A stretch of DNA of 47,076 bases from Octopus bimaculoides (taxonomy: Eukaryota), in the NCBI RefSeq assembly GCF_001194135.2, contig NC_068991.1, forward strand, positions 27,412,729-27,459,804, in the 5' to 3' direction. A program made the translations under genes and the position numbers. Below are positions 36,832 to 47,076 of the stretch, in pieces. Every line of letters begins with the position of its first letter. Positions within the stretch are counted from its first letter, which is position 1. A model generated the notes under the pieces. That model saw only the letters and a list, made by a program, of their open reading frames with translations, was not told the origin of the DNA and ran no database searches.

Positions 36832-37217
36832 ATGTGGAGGCGCAATGGCCCAGTGGTTAAGGCAGTGGACTCGCGGTCATAGGATCGCGGTTTCGATTCC
36901 CAGACCGGTAGTTGTGAGTGTTTATTGAGCGAAGACACCTAAAGCTCCACAAGGCTCCGGCAGGGGATGGTGGCGAACCCGGCTGTACTCTTCCACCACA
37001 ACTTTCTCTCACTCTTACTTCCTGTTTCTGTTGTGCCTGTAATTCAAAGGGTTAGCCTTGTCACACTGTGTCACGCTGAATATCCCCGAGAACTAGGTTA
37101 AGGGTACATGTGTCTGTGGAGTGCTCAGCCACTTGCACGTTAATTTCACGAGCAGGCAGTTCCGTTGATCGGATCAACTGGAACCCTCGACGTCGTAAGC
37201 TACGAAGTGCCAACAAC
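36832..37217 (+). mobile_element. Full-length tRNA-derived SINE (family C) with 11-bp target-site duplication
   Basis: Head GGAGGCGCAATGGCCCAGTGGTTAAGG (A box) ... GGTTTCGATTCC (B box); tail CCAACAAC; ATTGTCGGTGG at 36821-36831 and 37218-37228. Confidence 0.92.
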
Positions 37218-38027
37218 ATTGTCGGTGGTAACTTTTCTTGTTGACCGCAAAAGAAACGCAAAATAAATTTTAAATCTTGCTCAAACTAATTAGTATTTCA
37301 GATGAAAACTTCACTCTACAAATTTTTAGATTAATAAATATCGACGTCAAATTTCATGTTACCTTCGTAATTAGTTCAAAATTAGTCTACTATTTCAACG
37401 AATCATCTGAAGTTACATAGTTTATTATTCATGAGTAGATAATTCCCATAGTTTGGATAATTCCCATAGTTTGGATATGTATCATAAAAAGAAATAATGA
37501 AATTGAGTGAAATTAACATTGTAAGTTCTAGCTAAACGATGCAATGCTGAAATTGTCTTCAGTTCAATTGTTTTATCTTGGGGAGTTATTCTTATCAGTA
37601 AATATGCTACGTTGATACGGGCGCTGAATTGAGTCTCGTTCTTTTTCTACATGTCTATAGAAAAGGAGCACTCCACCAGATCAACAACTGATTATATTAC
37701 CGAAAAATATTGAGTCATTTAGGCACTCAAAACTAAAAATATTATGAACACGTACGTCTGCTAACTCCACTGCAAACATGCACCAAAATTGCAACACGTT
37801 AATAATACCACTCCTGCAATAAAAAAGAAACACAAAAATTTGGAAAGAAAAATCGTTCGAATAATTCTCTTGGCTGAGTTGGTGTTTTGTCATCTACAGT
37901 AAAGCTTTCAGAATTTCTTTTGCATTTACAATGTCAAAATTTATTCATCCTTTCTTCCGGTATGGAAAGTCTGTAGTTGCATTGCCTGCTATACATATAA
38001 TGTACATACGTATATAAATATAAAATC

Positions 38028-38028
<1 letters not shown>

Positions 38029-38066
<38 letters not shown>

Positions 38067-38200
38067 CACACATACATACACACGCACGCACGCACACTCA
38101 CACACACGCACACACATACATATGCATACATATAAAATGAATATATATGTCTGTACGTATGTGTATATTTGCGCGCGCGCGCGTGCCTGCCTATATTGCG
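38029..38200. repeat. (TA)/(CA)/(GC) compound microsatellite
   Basis: Read directly. Confidence 0.9.
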
Positions 38201-39519
38201 CATGTGTGTATTAACAGATACTTGTCAGCAATATCAACATGGTCAGAAGTACTGCAATTCGTGAGATTGTTTTTCTTTTCTTTCACCTTAGCCTCCACCT
38301 TCCAGCAATCCACCAACATGTGAAACGAATTGAAGATTTTCTAATAATGAATGCTTTTAAACAAAAGAGGAATTTGTACATCACCTCGAACAAAATTACT
38401 ACGTAAATAGAAGCAGTCGCGCTTACTGCAAAGAAGTGATAAACAATCTGTATGTCATCTATTGGGTATTTATTTGCTTTTCTTTCGTCCGACTGACAAA
38501 GAACTAAAAGCAAATTTTCAGTAATTGTTTTTGCTGATAGACAAATAATAAATATTACGCAATTTAATATGATGAACAACACTTTACTATGCTGCATCAA
38601 ACATTAATTGAAATATGTAAAAAGCAAACATAATGACAGTTACATTATTTCAATCTTCGGTAAAGTAAATTCTAAAACAAAACACCTAACACTCTAATTG
38701 GACATAGAAATAAATAAATAAATACAGTGAGTGTGACAGCACGTACGAATGTCACCGAAATGATAAGGCAATGATTTGACAAAATATATAATTACTTTGG
38801 CAAAAATTGCGACACGTTTTGGTGGTGGAGATGGTATAAATTATATAGTGGAAGCCAAGGTGGAGTCTCTAAGTGGTCGGTACCCGAATAAAATACCCTG
38901 ACAAAGCTTCCTTAAATCATATGCAACCGTCTTAAAAAAAGAAAGACACATTTGACAAATCTACGTTTAGATATTGAAAAAAAAACGGAATGATCATTGA
39001 TGCAACGGCTTCGGTTATATGTGTGGTCGATGAGGCTGACTTATGACAAAGCATCAACAACTTTACAGCACTCTATTGAACAACGGAATAGCTACATGGT
39101 CACATGACGTGCTAGAAATAGCATATAAATTTCCCTCAAATCATAAAAATATGTTTTTAGAAAGAAAGAACTCATAGCAAAATTATAGTCTTACATAGAG
39201 ATAAAACACGAAAAGTTCACGGCTGGACAATCTGTCCGATTAGGCCTGAACTTAGCGCCCTACATTATTAATAACAACGATGACTACGACACTGTCAATA
39301 ATATTACAGTATTAGGATTTGCTTGACTGAGTTCACATTTCCTTAAGGTTAAATGTAAATAGTATCAGTAATTCGGTGCTTAGTTTCGACTTTCAAACTA
39401 TAATAGAAGCTGGTAAGGTAAAATTTATCAGCTAATCTAATCTTTAAAGTATTAAATGCTATTGCTTTTCTTTAAATAATTTGTTATTTCAATACATTGG
39501 CATGTAGCCCTCGATGATA

Positions 39520-39715
39520 TGTATATATGTGTGTCTACTTGTGTACGTGTGAGAGGGGTGTGCGTGTGTGTGTTTGTGTATGTGTGTGTGCGCGCAGATG
39601 TGTGAACGTGTATACATATGTATACAGATATATATACATATATATGTCTGTATGATAGACAGATAGATTGATTGATTGATTGATAGACAGACAGGCAGAC
39701 AAATAGACAGAGAGA
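39520..39715. repeat. (GT)/(TA)/(GATT)/(GACA) compound low-complexity tract
   Basis: Read directly. Confidence 0.85.
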
Positions 39716-39764
39716 TAACATGCGTATTTCTTCAAAGCTGCGTCTATATTCGAATATTTATTTC

Positions 39765-40378
39765 TTTATTGCCCACAGGGGTCTAAACATAGAGGGGATA
39801 AACAAGGACAGACAAAGAGATTAAGTCGATTATATTGACTCCAGTGCGTAACTGGTACTTATTTAATCGACCCCGAAAGGATGACAGGCAAAGTCGACCT
39901 CGGCGGAATTTGTACTCAGAACATAGGCAGACGAAATACCGCTAAGCATTTCGCCCGGCGTGCTAACAATTTTTTTCTACTCTAGGCACAAGGCCCAAAA
40001 CTTTGGGTGAGGGGCCAGTCGATTAGATCGATCCCAGTATGCAGCTGGTACTTAATTTATCGACCCCGAAATGAAAAATTTAAACTCAGAGCGTAAAGAC
40101 AGATGCAAAACCGCTAAGTATTTCGCCCGGCGTGCTAACGTTTCTTATTTCTTTACTGCCTACAAGGGGCTACACACATAGGGGACAAGCAAGGACAGAC
40201 AAACCGATTAAGTCGATTATATCGACCCAAGTGCGTAACTGGTACTTATTTAATCGACCCCGAAACGATAAAAGGCAAAGTCGACCTCGGCAGATTTTGA
40301 AATCAAAACGTAATGGCAGACTAAATACCGCTAAGCATTTCGCCCGGAGTACTAACGTTTCTGGCAGCTTGCCGCCCT
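39765..40378 (-). mobile_element. Three tandem family-A SINE copies
   Basis: ACCGCTAAG(C/T)ATTTCGCCCGG occurs three times (about 39940, 40112, 40330) and CTGGTACTTA(T/A)TT(T/A)ATCGACCCCGAAA three times; only the last copy retains the 5' GGCGGC head. Confidence 0.9.
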
Positions 40379-40404
40379 ATATATTCTAATATTAATGTAT
40401 TCTA

Positions 40405-41476
40405 TTGGATTGGCAACTAAGTTCCCGCCGTTTTTATAAATTTTGGAATTTATTGTGTTTTTAACTTTAACTTTTGGAATCTATTTTTTCGAGAATTCTA
40501 TTTCNNNNNNNNNNNNNNNNNNNNNNNNNNNNNNNNNNNNNNNNNNNNNNNNNNNNNNNNNNNNNNNNNNNNNNNNNNNNNNNNNNNNNNNNNNNNNNNN
40601 NNNNNNNNNNNNNNNNNNNNNNNNNNNNNNNNNNNNNNNNNNNNNNNNNNNNNNNNNNNNNNNNNNNNNNNNNNNNNNNNNNNNNNNNNNNNNNNNNNNN
40701 NNNNNNNNNNNNNNNNNNNNNNNNNNNNNNNNNNNNNNNNNNNNNNNNNNNNNNNNNNNNNNNNNNNNNNNNNNNNNNNNNNNNNNNNNNNNNNNNNNNN
40801 NNNNNNNNNNNNNNNNNNNNNNNNNNNNNNNNNNNNNNNNNNNNNNNNNNNNNNNNNNNNNNNNNNNNNNNNNNNNNNNNNNNNNCTCCGCTGGTTTGCT
40901 TGCTTGTCACTGCTCAAACCATGGAAACAAGCAACGATTTCTTTACCGAATCGTTACTGGCGACGAAAAATGGTGCCTCTACATCAATATGAAGCAGCAT
41001 AAGGAACGGCGTAAAACGATGTTGTGCGTATGGTGGGACTGGGAAGGGATTGTCCATTACGAATTGCTTGAACAGAACCGAACGGAGTTCTTCTGCTGCA
41101 CGACAACACCCGCCCTGATATCGCCAATATGACCAAGGAAGCCATTCAAACGCAAGGCTGAGAAGTACTGCCACACCCGCCGTACTCTCCTGATTTGGCA
41201 CCAATAGATTTCCACCACTTTGGATCTCTTTTGAATGCTATGCGCGGAGTTTCATTCAATACTGATGCAGAATTGAGGGCTTGGCTGGATCAATTTATCT
41301 AGTCGAAATCGGGTGATTTCTACCAACGAGGTATTGAAAATCTTGTTGAACTTTGGGAAGATGTTGTAAACAACAAAGGTGAATATATTATTGATTAATT
41401 AGTTGTTATTTTTTTATTAAACCTTTTAAAAACATTTAATTTTTAAAAAACCGTGGGAACTTAGTTGCCAACCCAA
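40405..41476 (+). mobile_element. Mariner with both TIRs (gap inside), inactive
   Basis: TIRs TTGG(A/G)TTGGCAACTAAGTTCCC with TA both sides; RIVTGDEKWCLYIN, KTMLCVWWDWEGIVHYELL, LHDNTRP, HPPYSPDLAP. N run 40505-40885. Confidence 0.92.
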
Positions 41477-41989
41477 TATATTGAGAGAATTAAAGGGAAA
41501 GTTATTTTATGAACTCCCTGCTAGTAAAGTATGAGAGACTATGTATATAAGAACATATATAAGAAAAGACACAAACAAATAAATGAATTAACGAGAAAAT
41601 GCTGATGAAATAAATTGTTTCAATAAATCATCATTGCTGTCTTTGAAACCAACAGTTTGTGTCTTCATTTCCCTTGACCTTCGACCACTGGATAATTATC
41701 ATTCTTAATATTTTATTCCTAAAAGGCATGTATTAGTAGCTGTATATTGGCAAAACAAGAGACACTTAAAAGATAAATGTTTCCAACAGTATTAATAGTT
41801 ATAAATACATTTAAAATAAAATTGAAGTAATCAAATAATTGTGAGGGAAATTTAAAGCAAATAATGGATAACTAGTTTAAAGGAAATTCATAACTAATTT
41901 ACAAGTTTTTCAGGCTAAATTTAATAGCTTGCATAGAAGGAAATGAAACACAATATTCCATGCAAAATTAAATGTATTTTTAAAAAATC

Positions 41990-42725
41990 AAAAAAAAATG
42001 TATCAACTTGATCATTGCTGAGAGATAACAGTTTCCTCTACGACTCAAGACGACACCGGAACCTGGCGCATGCGTTCGTCACTGCGTCTCTAGGGAGATT
42101 TTCAAATATCACCTTGATCTTGGCCACCAGCTCGACCGTGGTGTTGCAGGCAGAGTGATTGGTGTCTTTCTCAAATGAGCCCCACACATAGTAATCGATG
42201 GGATTATGATCGAGGCCAGAAACTGAGACGGATGAAGTCGTAGAAAATTTCTGAGTTCTGACTCTTTCCGGAGGTGTGGTAAGGAAAAGAATCTTGCTGT
42301 CACACGTATGACCTTCCATATAGCAACACTTTCTAGCCAGGTTTTGATCACAGATTCCAACAGCTTCACATGAACATCTGAATTGAGTCTCAGGCCCTAT
42401 TCAAAGATGTGGGCATGAATTCTAGTATGACGTCACCCTCGCTGGAGACACAAAAAGCCCATCACAGTTTAGGGTAACTTGGTTTTCATGACATTCATGT
42501 CACGTCTTACAGCTTTTACACTGTTCATAGAGCATTGTGCAACAATAGTGTCAGCGTTTTGATACCTGGCGCCAATCATCGTGATAAAGGTAACTCTTTT
42601 CGCCAACGTTTTCTCAACTACAACTGTAATCTTGATACTCTCCGTTGACACTTCACCAATACATCAAACTGTTCCTGAAAAACAAAAAGAAGCATAAAAT
42701 TGTTCAAAATTCGCCCGAATATCCT
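41990..42725 (-). mobile_element. Second DD37D (maT-like) relic
   Basis: MKLLESVIKTWLESVA...; NPIDYYVWGSFEKDTNHSACNTTVELVAKIK...NACARFRCRLES; TIR-like CAGGATATTCGGGCGAATT near 42705-42725; same family as 8270-8985. Confidence 0.8.
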
Positions 42726-42944
42726 GTATGTATCTTTTGTGACTCCTAACTAAGAATTATGATTCTGCAGGACATCTCTGTATATAATGTATACGCTACT
42801 TCAACAATCTCTCTAAAGCAACTAAACACGTTATAGTGATCTCTTTCATGCATGCCTAAATGTGGAAATACAATGATATTAATTTGTTCATATTTGTTCA
42901 TATGATATTAATTTGTTCATATGAGCTATTGAGTATATTATACA

Positions 42945-44190
42945 TAGGGTCATTCCATAAATAATGCGTTTTTTTTTATATTTGTTTTATTTGTCAGAAA
43001 ATTAAGATAAACAATATTCTTTTTTAATCTAAAATATACTCTCCTTTATTTTCTAGAATGTTCTTCCATCTATCTGGTAGACTTGTAAGGCCCATCTTCC
43101 AAGATTCAGTTGTCCGTAACGAAAAATACTCCTCCAGTACTGTTCTGACCTTGTCTACAGAATTCATATCTTTTCTGTCCAAATGATTTTGAAGACTACA
43201 GAAAAAATAATAATCAGACAGGGCGATGTCCGGCGAATATGGTGGGTGTGGCATCGTTTCCCATTCGAACTGCTCCAGCCTTCGGAATGTTATCTTTGCT
43301 GTGCGCGGGCGAGCATTATCCTGATGGAAGAACACCATTCGTCTTGAAACCAAACATGGTCGTTTTTCTTCAAGCGCTGACTTAAGCCGCTCAAGTTGCT
43401 CGTAGAAGATCTCCTTTGTTATCGTCTGGTTTGGGTTTCAAGGTTCAAATTGGACTAAGCTTTTCATATCCCACCAAAGAGGTAACAACACTATATGTGG
43501 GTGAAGACCTTCTTTAACCTGGAATGCCGGTGTTTCTCCTTTCCCTACCCACTGCCTTCAGCGCTTGACATTTTTATAGAGAACCCATTTATCATCACCA
43601 GTCACTATTCGGTGGGAAAAAAGGTTTATTCGTGAGACGTGACAACAAAGAATAGCACAGATGAACTCTCTGCACACGATTAGACTCGGAAAGTGTGTGA
43701 GAAACCCATTGACACAATTTGCTGACTTTTCCGATGGCACGCAGGTGTCGATGAATAGTTGAATTACCAAATCGAAGCTTCTCTGCTAGTTTCTCAATAG
43801 TTACGATGGGATTTTGTTCCTCCAGGGTTTGCAGGACGTCCTCTCGGGGCTCTACAGACCTTCCAGGACGAGGTTAGTCTTTTAGGCTGTAGTTTCCAGC
43901 TCGGAATTTCTGGAACTACTGTTGACATTGGCTTACGCTTATTGTCTGATTCCTATATACTGCATTAATATTCCTCGCACTCTCCGTTGCGTTGTTGCTT
44001 TTATTGAACTCATAAAGTAAAATATGGCGAATGTGCTCCTTTGTCACTTCCGTTATAGCTTTGAAAATATAACTGTCAAAATTGAGCTGCACTCTTGAAA
44101 ACTTGCACTAAGAATAAGTACAAAGTAAAATTACTACCCGCTTTTATAGCAACTTGATGAAAAAACCGCATTAGTTAGGGGATGACCCAA
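42945..44190 (-). mobile_element. Near full-length mariner (DD34D), same family as 33057-34164, inactive
   Basis: TIRs GGGTCAT(T/C)CC; RIVTGDDKWVLYKN; HQDNARPRTAK...HPPYSPDIALSD with 34 residues between the second and third D; stops and frameshifts in the N-terminus. Confidence 0.94.
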
Positions 44191-44538
44191 TACATAGTGC
44201 AGAGTATAATTTTCTGGATAAAAGTTTAGAGATGGGATTTAAATCAAATATAGTGGTTTGATATGTTACTGATACGGACTTTAGCTATTTGGTTAAACCT
44301 TGGATTTTAAATAGTTATGCGTTGCATATTTTGTGTTAACGTGCACTAATTTCTTCCTAGTAAATGAAACTCTGTTTTTGAAGTTTAGTTCCCAATATTT
44401 TTACTATACATAAAATGCAATTTTTCTTATTACCCCAGCAGGATCTTGTTCTGTCAATGAAACTCCATTTTATGTGATATAGTAGAAGTCTACTTTTCGA
44501 ACTACATCTCTTAGAAGATAATAAGATATTTTTCTCAG

Positions 44539-44568
44539 CATTGAAAACGTGCGGATATGTTGGTCGAA
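44539..44568 (+). CDS. Candidate 30-nt phase-1 micro-exon: xLKTCGYVGR
   Basis: ATATTTTTCTCAG acceptor, GAA|GTGAGT donor, in frame with the next candidate. Confidence 0.5.
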
Positions 44569-44894
44569 GTGAGTTTTGAAAGCAAGTGTTGACTGCATAT
44601 GGGATGCATCGTCAGTACTGTTTTTAGGGTCCCAGCGGGGTTCAGATCTTTCAACATCAGACCGCCACAGCCAGTCAACAAGCTTCCTCTCGTCGTTTCA
44701 TTCATGTGTTCCAGGGCAAAATCAGTTCCCACAGATCACCCGTTTAGTAGAATTTGAGAAGATCGTTATGAGTGGGCAGAACGTTGTTGCTACAATGTGA
44801 AGTCATGTTTTCATGTCTCCCTCAAATGGAATTTTTCCTAATTGAAATTACATTTCCGGTTAATTTGTTGATCATAGATATTTTCTTTTCACAG

Positions 44895-44924
44895 ATGCTA
44901 AAGAAGACAAACATTTGAAGGAAG
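44895..44924 (+). CDS. Candidate 30-nt phase-1 micro-exon: (N/D)AKEDKHLKE
   Basis: TATTTTCTTTTCACAG acceptor, near-perfect donor AAG|GTGAGT, purine-rich body; only phase 1 is stop-free. Confidence 0.65.
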
Positions 44925-44957
44925 GTGAGTGTTACTGAGTAATATACTTTAACTGTT

Positions 44958-45030
44958 CTATTTCATTTCATTTCAATTTCATTTCAAAGTTTCAGCTCAG
45001 AGCTGCGGCCATGTTGATGCACCACCGTGT
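44958..45030 (-). mobile_element. SINE 3'-tail fragment with (GAAAT)n tail
   Basis: Minus: GGTGCATCAACATGGCCGCAGCTCTGAGCTGAAAC then GAAAT repeats; shares ATGGCCGCAG with family B tails. Confidence 0.55.
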
Positions 45031-45852
45031 GTTTAGTATTTTGTGGAAATGCAATGATTAACTGTTGAGTCTGTGAAGATATTGTGGTTTTAGCAAAGGT
45101 GCACTATACTAAGTTATATTTAACTTTCTATGTAATCTTTTGTTATTATTTCTCCTGTTTTCGAGGATATATATTTTGGGCTCTTTATTTTTACTATTCT
45201 GTTTTCTCAAAGCACAGCAAGTTGCATATTTATAGAATGCCTGTTTGTTTACACAGTTTTAAGTTAGTAAATTGCTATTTTTGACAATGTTATTAGCTAA
45301 ACACTGCGATTATTTGATCAGTGATAGATGTGGTTAAATGATTGGGGTTGTTTATAAGGACAGAGAATGAGAAAAAAAGTACGACGAGGAAATTTGCTGA
45401 AATAATATGTTCAGTTTTATTTGAATGAAGAAACTGTATAAAATTTTCTTTATCAATTTGTTCAAAAACTGCAAATGATGCTTGATTTTTTATTCCAAAA
45501 TACAATAATACAGTCTGAAATTATTTTTTTGTAAAACATTATTTCAAGTTTGGTTTCACCGATGTTTGTAATTGGCCAACAAAACCTGGAGCTTCCCTGA
45601 GTAAGAATTTGTTAACTGATAAGTAATATATTTTGATATAGAATCGAAGAAATCGGTGACATACTTTAAAGTTTGAAGTAATAAGGCGTAGTGTATTGCA
45701 ATTTCAGGCATGCTATGCCTTAGAAACGACAGGATGACGAATATTCTTTAGCGCCTGTCTTCATAAGCCTGGTCCATCGAGAACAATAATGAGACAACAT
45801 TCTAAGTCGTTCATATATTGGAGTATTTGTCGATAATTACAAGTATTTTCAG

Positions 45853-45879
45853 TATTTTATTCACCTCTCCATTGGAGAG
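45853..45879 (+). CDS. Candidate 27-nt micro-exon (phase 1: xFYSPLHWR)
   Basis: GTATTTTCAG acceptor, GAG|GTATGT donor, length divisible by 3. Confidence 0.42.
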
Positions 45880-46053
45880 GTATGTGAAAGCCTCGAAAGT
45901 CTTAGTAAATTAGCAAATTCTTATAAACGTTATATATGACCTTCACTCCAATATAATGACTTGTAATGAAATACACATATTGGTTCATCGTTGTGCTCGA
46001 GATAAAAACATTTTGAATATACGTGAAGGCCATAATTTTTTACCTTTACATAG

Positions 46054-46068
46054 AGACAAGGCTGAACA
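46054..46068 (+). CDS. Candidate 15-nt phase-1 micro-exon (xTRLN); alternatively a terminal exon to stop 46100 (xTRLNSNQDIDGFSK*)
   Basis: Strong acceptor TAATTTTTTACCTTTACATAG; donor ACA|GTAATC is weak. Confidence 0.3.
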
Positions 46069-46912
46069 GTAATCAAGACATTGATGGATTCTCGAAGTAG
46101 CTACATGATCTGCTAAAAGTAATAGCCAAATCTCTCTCAAAACGATTCTTAAATTTATTTGATAAAATGTAATTAGACAATATTGCTTCGAGTACGTATA
46201 TCTGAAAAACAGGCATGAGGATTTTGGCTGGAATATCTTCTCGATTATGGCTGATTTGAGGCTAAACAACACAATAACAACATGTGATGTAAGAAATATT
46301 CAATAATTTAACTTTTAAGAACGGTAACTTGAAGAATCTTTAGATCGTTGATTTAATGCTATCAAAACATATTACTGCATTTTCTATATTTCAAATCTCT
46401 GCGAGAACCCCCTTCCTTCTCATCGTTCCTTGTGTATGTCGATCAAATAAAATTGAGGAAACGAAGTGGAATCCATTACATCGATAACCTCCTCCCACAA
46501 ATAAATCTGTAGCTTTGTTATGCCTAAGGTATAAATCTTTATTTAACTTTCATAGGTTCATTATATGAGTTCTTTCAAGATTATTCCCATAATTCATTTA
46601 TAGTTATACTCCTCGATCTTTACAACAAAGAATAAATCCAGATACCTCCCTGCTTCCTGGTGAATGCATAATCGGTTGTGCTCTTCTGTACAAGTTCAAG
46701 CTATGCATTACATATGTTTCTCTCCGGCAAACTCCATTTACAACAAAATGTGATAAAATACTTTTCAAGCCAATCGTTTCATGAATGGAAAGGTTATTCC
46801 CATACATAACTTATTTTGGCAATAAAATACGATGTTTGCAATATAATTACATTAAGCTTCTATACATTTTATTTTATACGTTTCTTTTTCTTTCACTTTT
46901 AAAATTTAGCAG

Positions 46913-46950
46913 ATCTATCACAAGAGCCTGAAATCAACGACAGCAAAAAA
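46913..46950 (+). CDS. Candidate exon (phase 1 start): xLSQEPEINDSKK
   Basis: Very long pyrimidine tract ending in tandem TAGCAG (NAGNAG) acceptor; phase 1 is the longest open frame; donor AAA|GTAACA is moderate. Confidence 0.38.
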
Positions 46951-47076
46951 GTAACAAAATTAAAGTACATCATGAAAATAAATATTTAAACAAACAAAAA
47001 TACAAGAGACGGATAATACAAACATACAAAAAGAAATCGATTAGTACGCTTAAGGAATAGCAATTGATATATATAT

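Noticed and set aside
36836-36910. tRNA-like sequence
   Set aside because: It is the head of a SINE with body, tail and TSD, not a tRNA gene.
37438-37476. Short tandem duplications (also about 25724-25755 and 42874-42921)
   Set aside because: Two-copy slippage duplications with no spacers; not CRISPR-like and common in this kind of DNA.
38427-38597. Minus-strand signal-peptide-like ORF start (MQHSKVLFIILNCVIFIICLSA) and 66-nt exon candidate with GTAAGC donor
   Set aside because: Isolated, with no partner exons found on that strand, and it lies beside an equally plausible plus-strand candidate (38292-38402); cannot be distinguished from background.
33339-43876. Stop codon at the same position in both related mariners (TGA at 33339, TAA at 43874-43876), suggesting a shared defective master
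   Set aside because: The stops differ and both can arise independently from a CGA codon by CpG decay.
45700-46810. Possible hAT transposase remnant on the minus strand (HSLNL resembling the CxxHxLNL motif)
   Set aside because: The Cys and all other motifs are missing and there is no ordered series of fragments.

Overview
AT-rich eukaryotic (animal) genomic DNA with five assembly gaps, most likely from an octopod cephalopod. That call is inferred from recognising the SINE, RTE, R4/Dong and mariner families plus very dense microsatellites, and is not database-verified. There is no long intact protein-coding ORF and no prokaryotic feature; most of the ORF track is microsatellite or gap artefact. 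The recognisable content is decayed mobile DNA: at least seven mariner (DD34D) copies or derivatives, two DD37D/maT-like fragments, one hAT (hATm-like) relic, two RTE LINEs, two R4/Dong-type LINE fragments, Penelope-like (GIY-YIG) fragments, one L1/Tx1 fragment and three tRNA-derived SINE families. The most interesting non-repeat signal is a run of short plus-strand exon candidates at 44.5-47.0 kb (30, 30, 27, 15 and 38 nt) with canonical splice sites that join in phase 1 into one open peptide, suggesting a micro-exon-rich host gene whose introns contain the repeats. Splice-site calls were made by eye and similar motifs also arise by chance here, so they are hypotheses. Other highlights are a fold-back mariner made of two 5' halves, a nested inverted-repeat MITE, (TAA)n-associated R4/Dong insertions, an RTE tail with three C2H2 fingers and a degenerate hammerhead-ribozyme motif.
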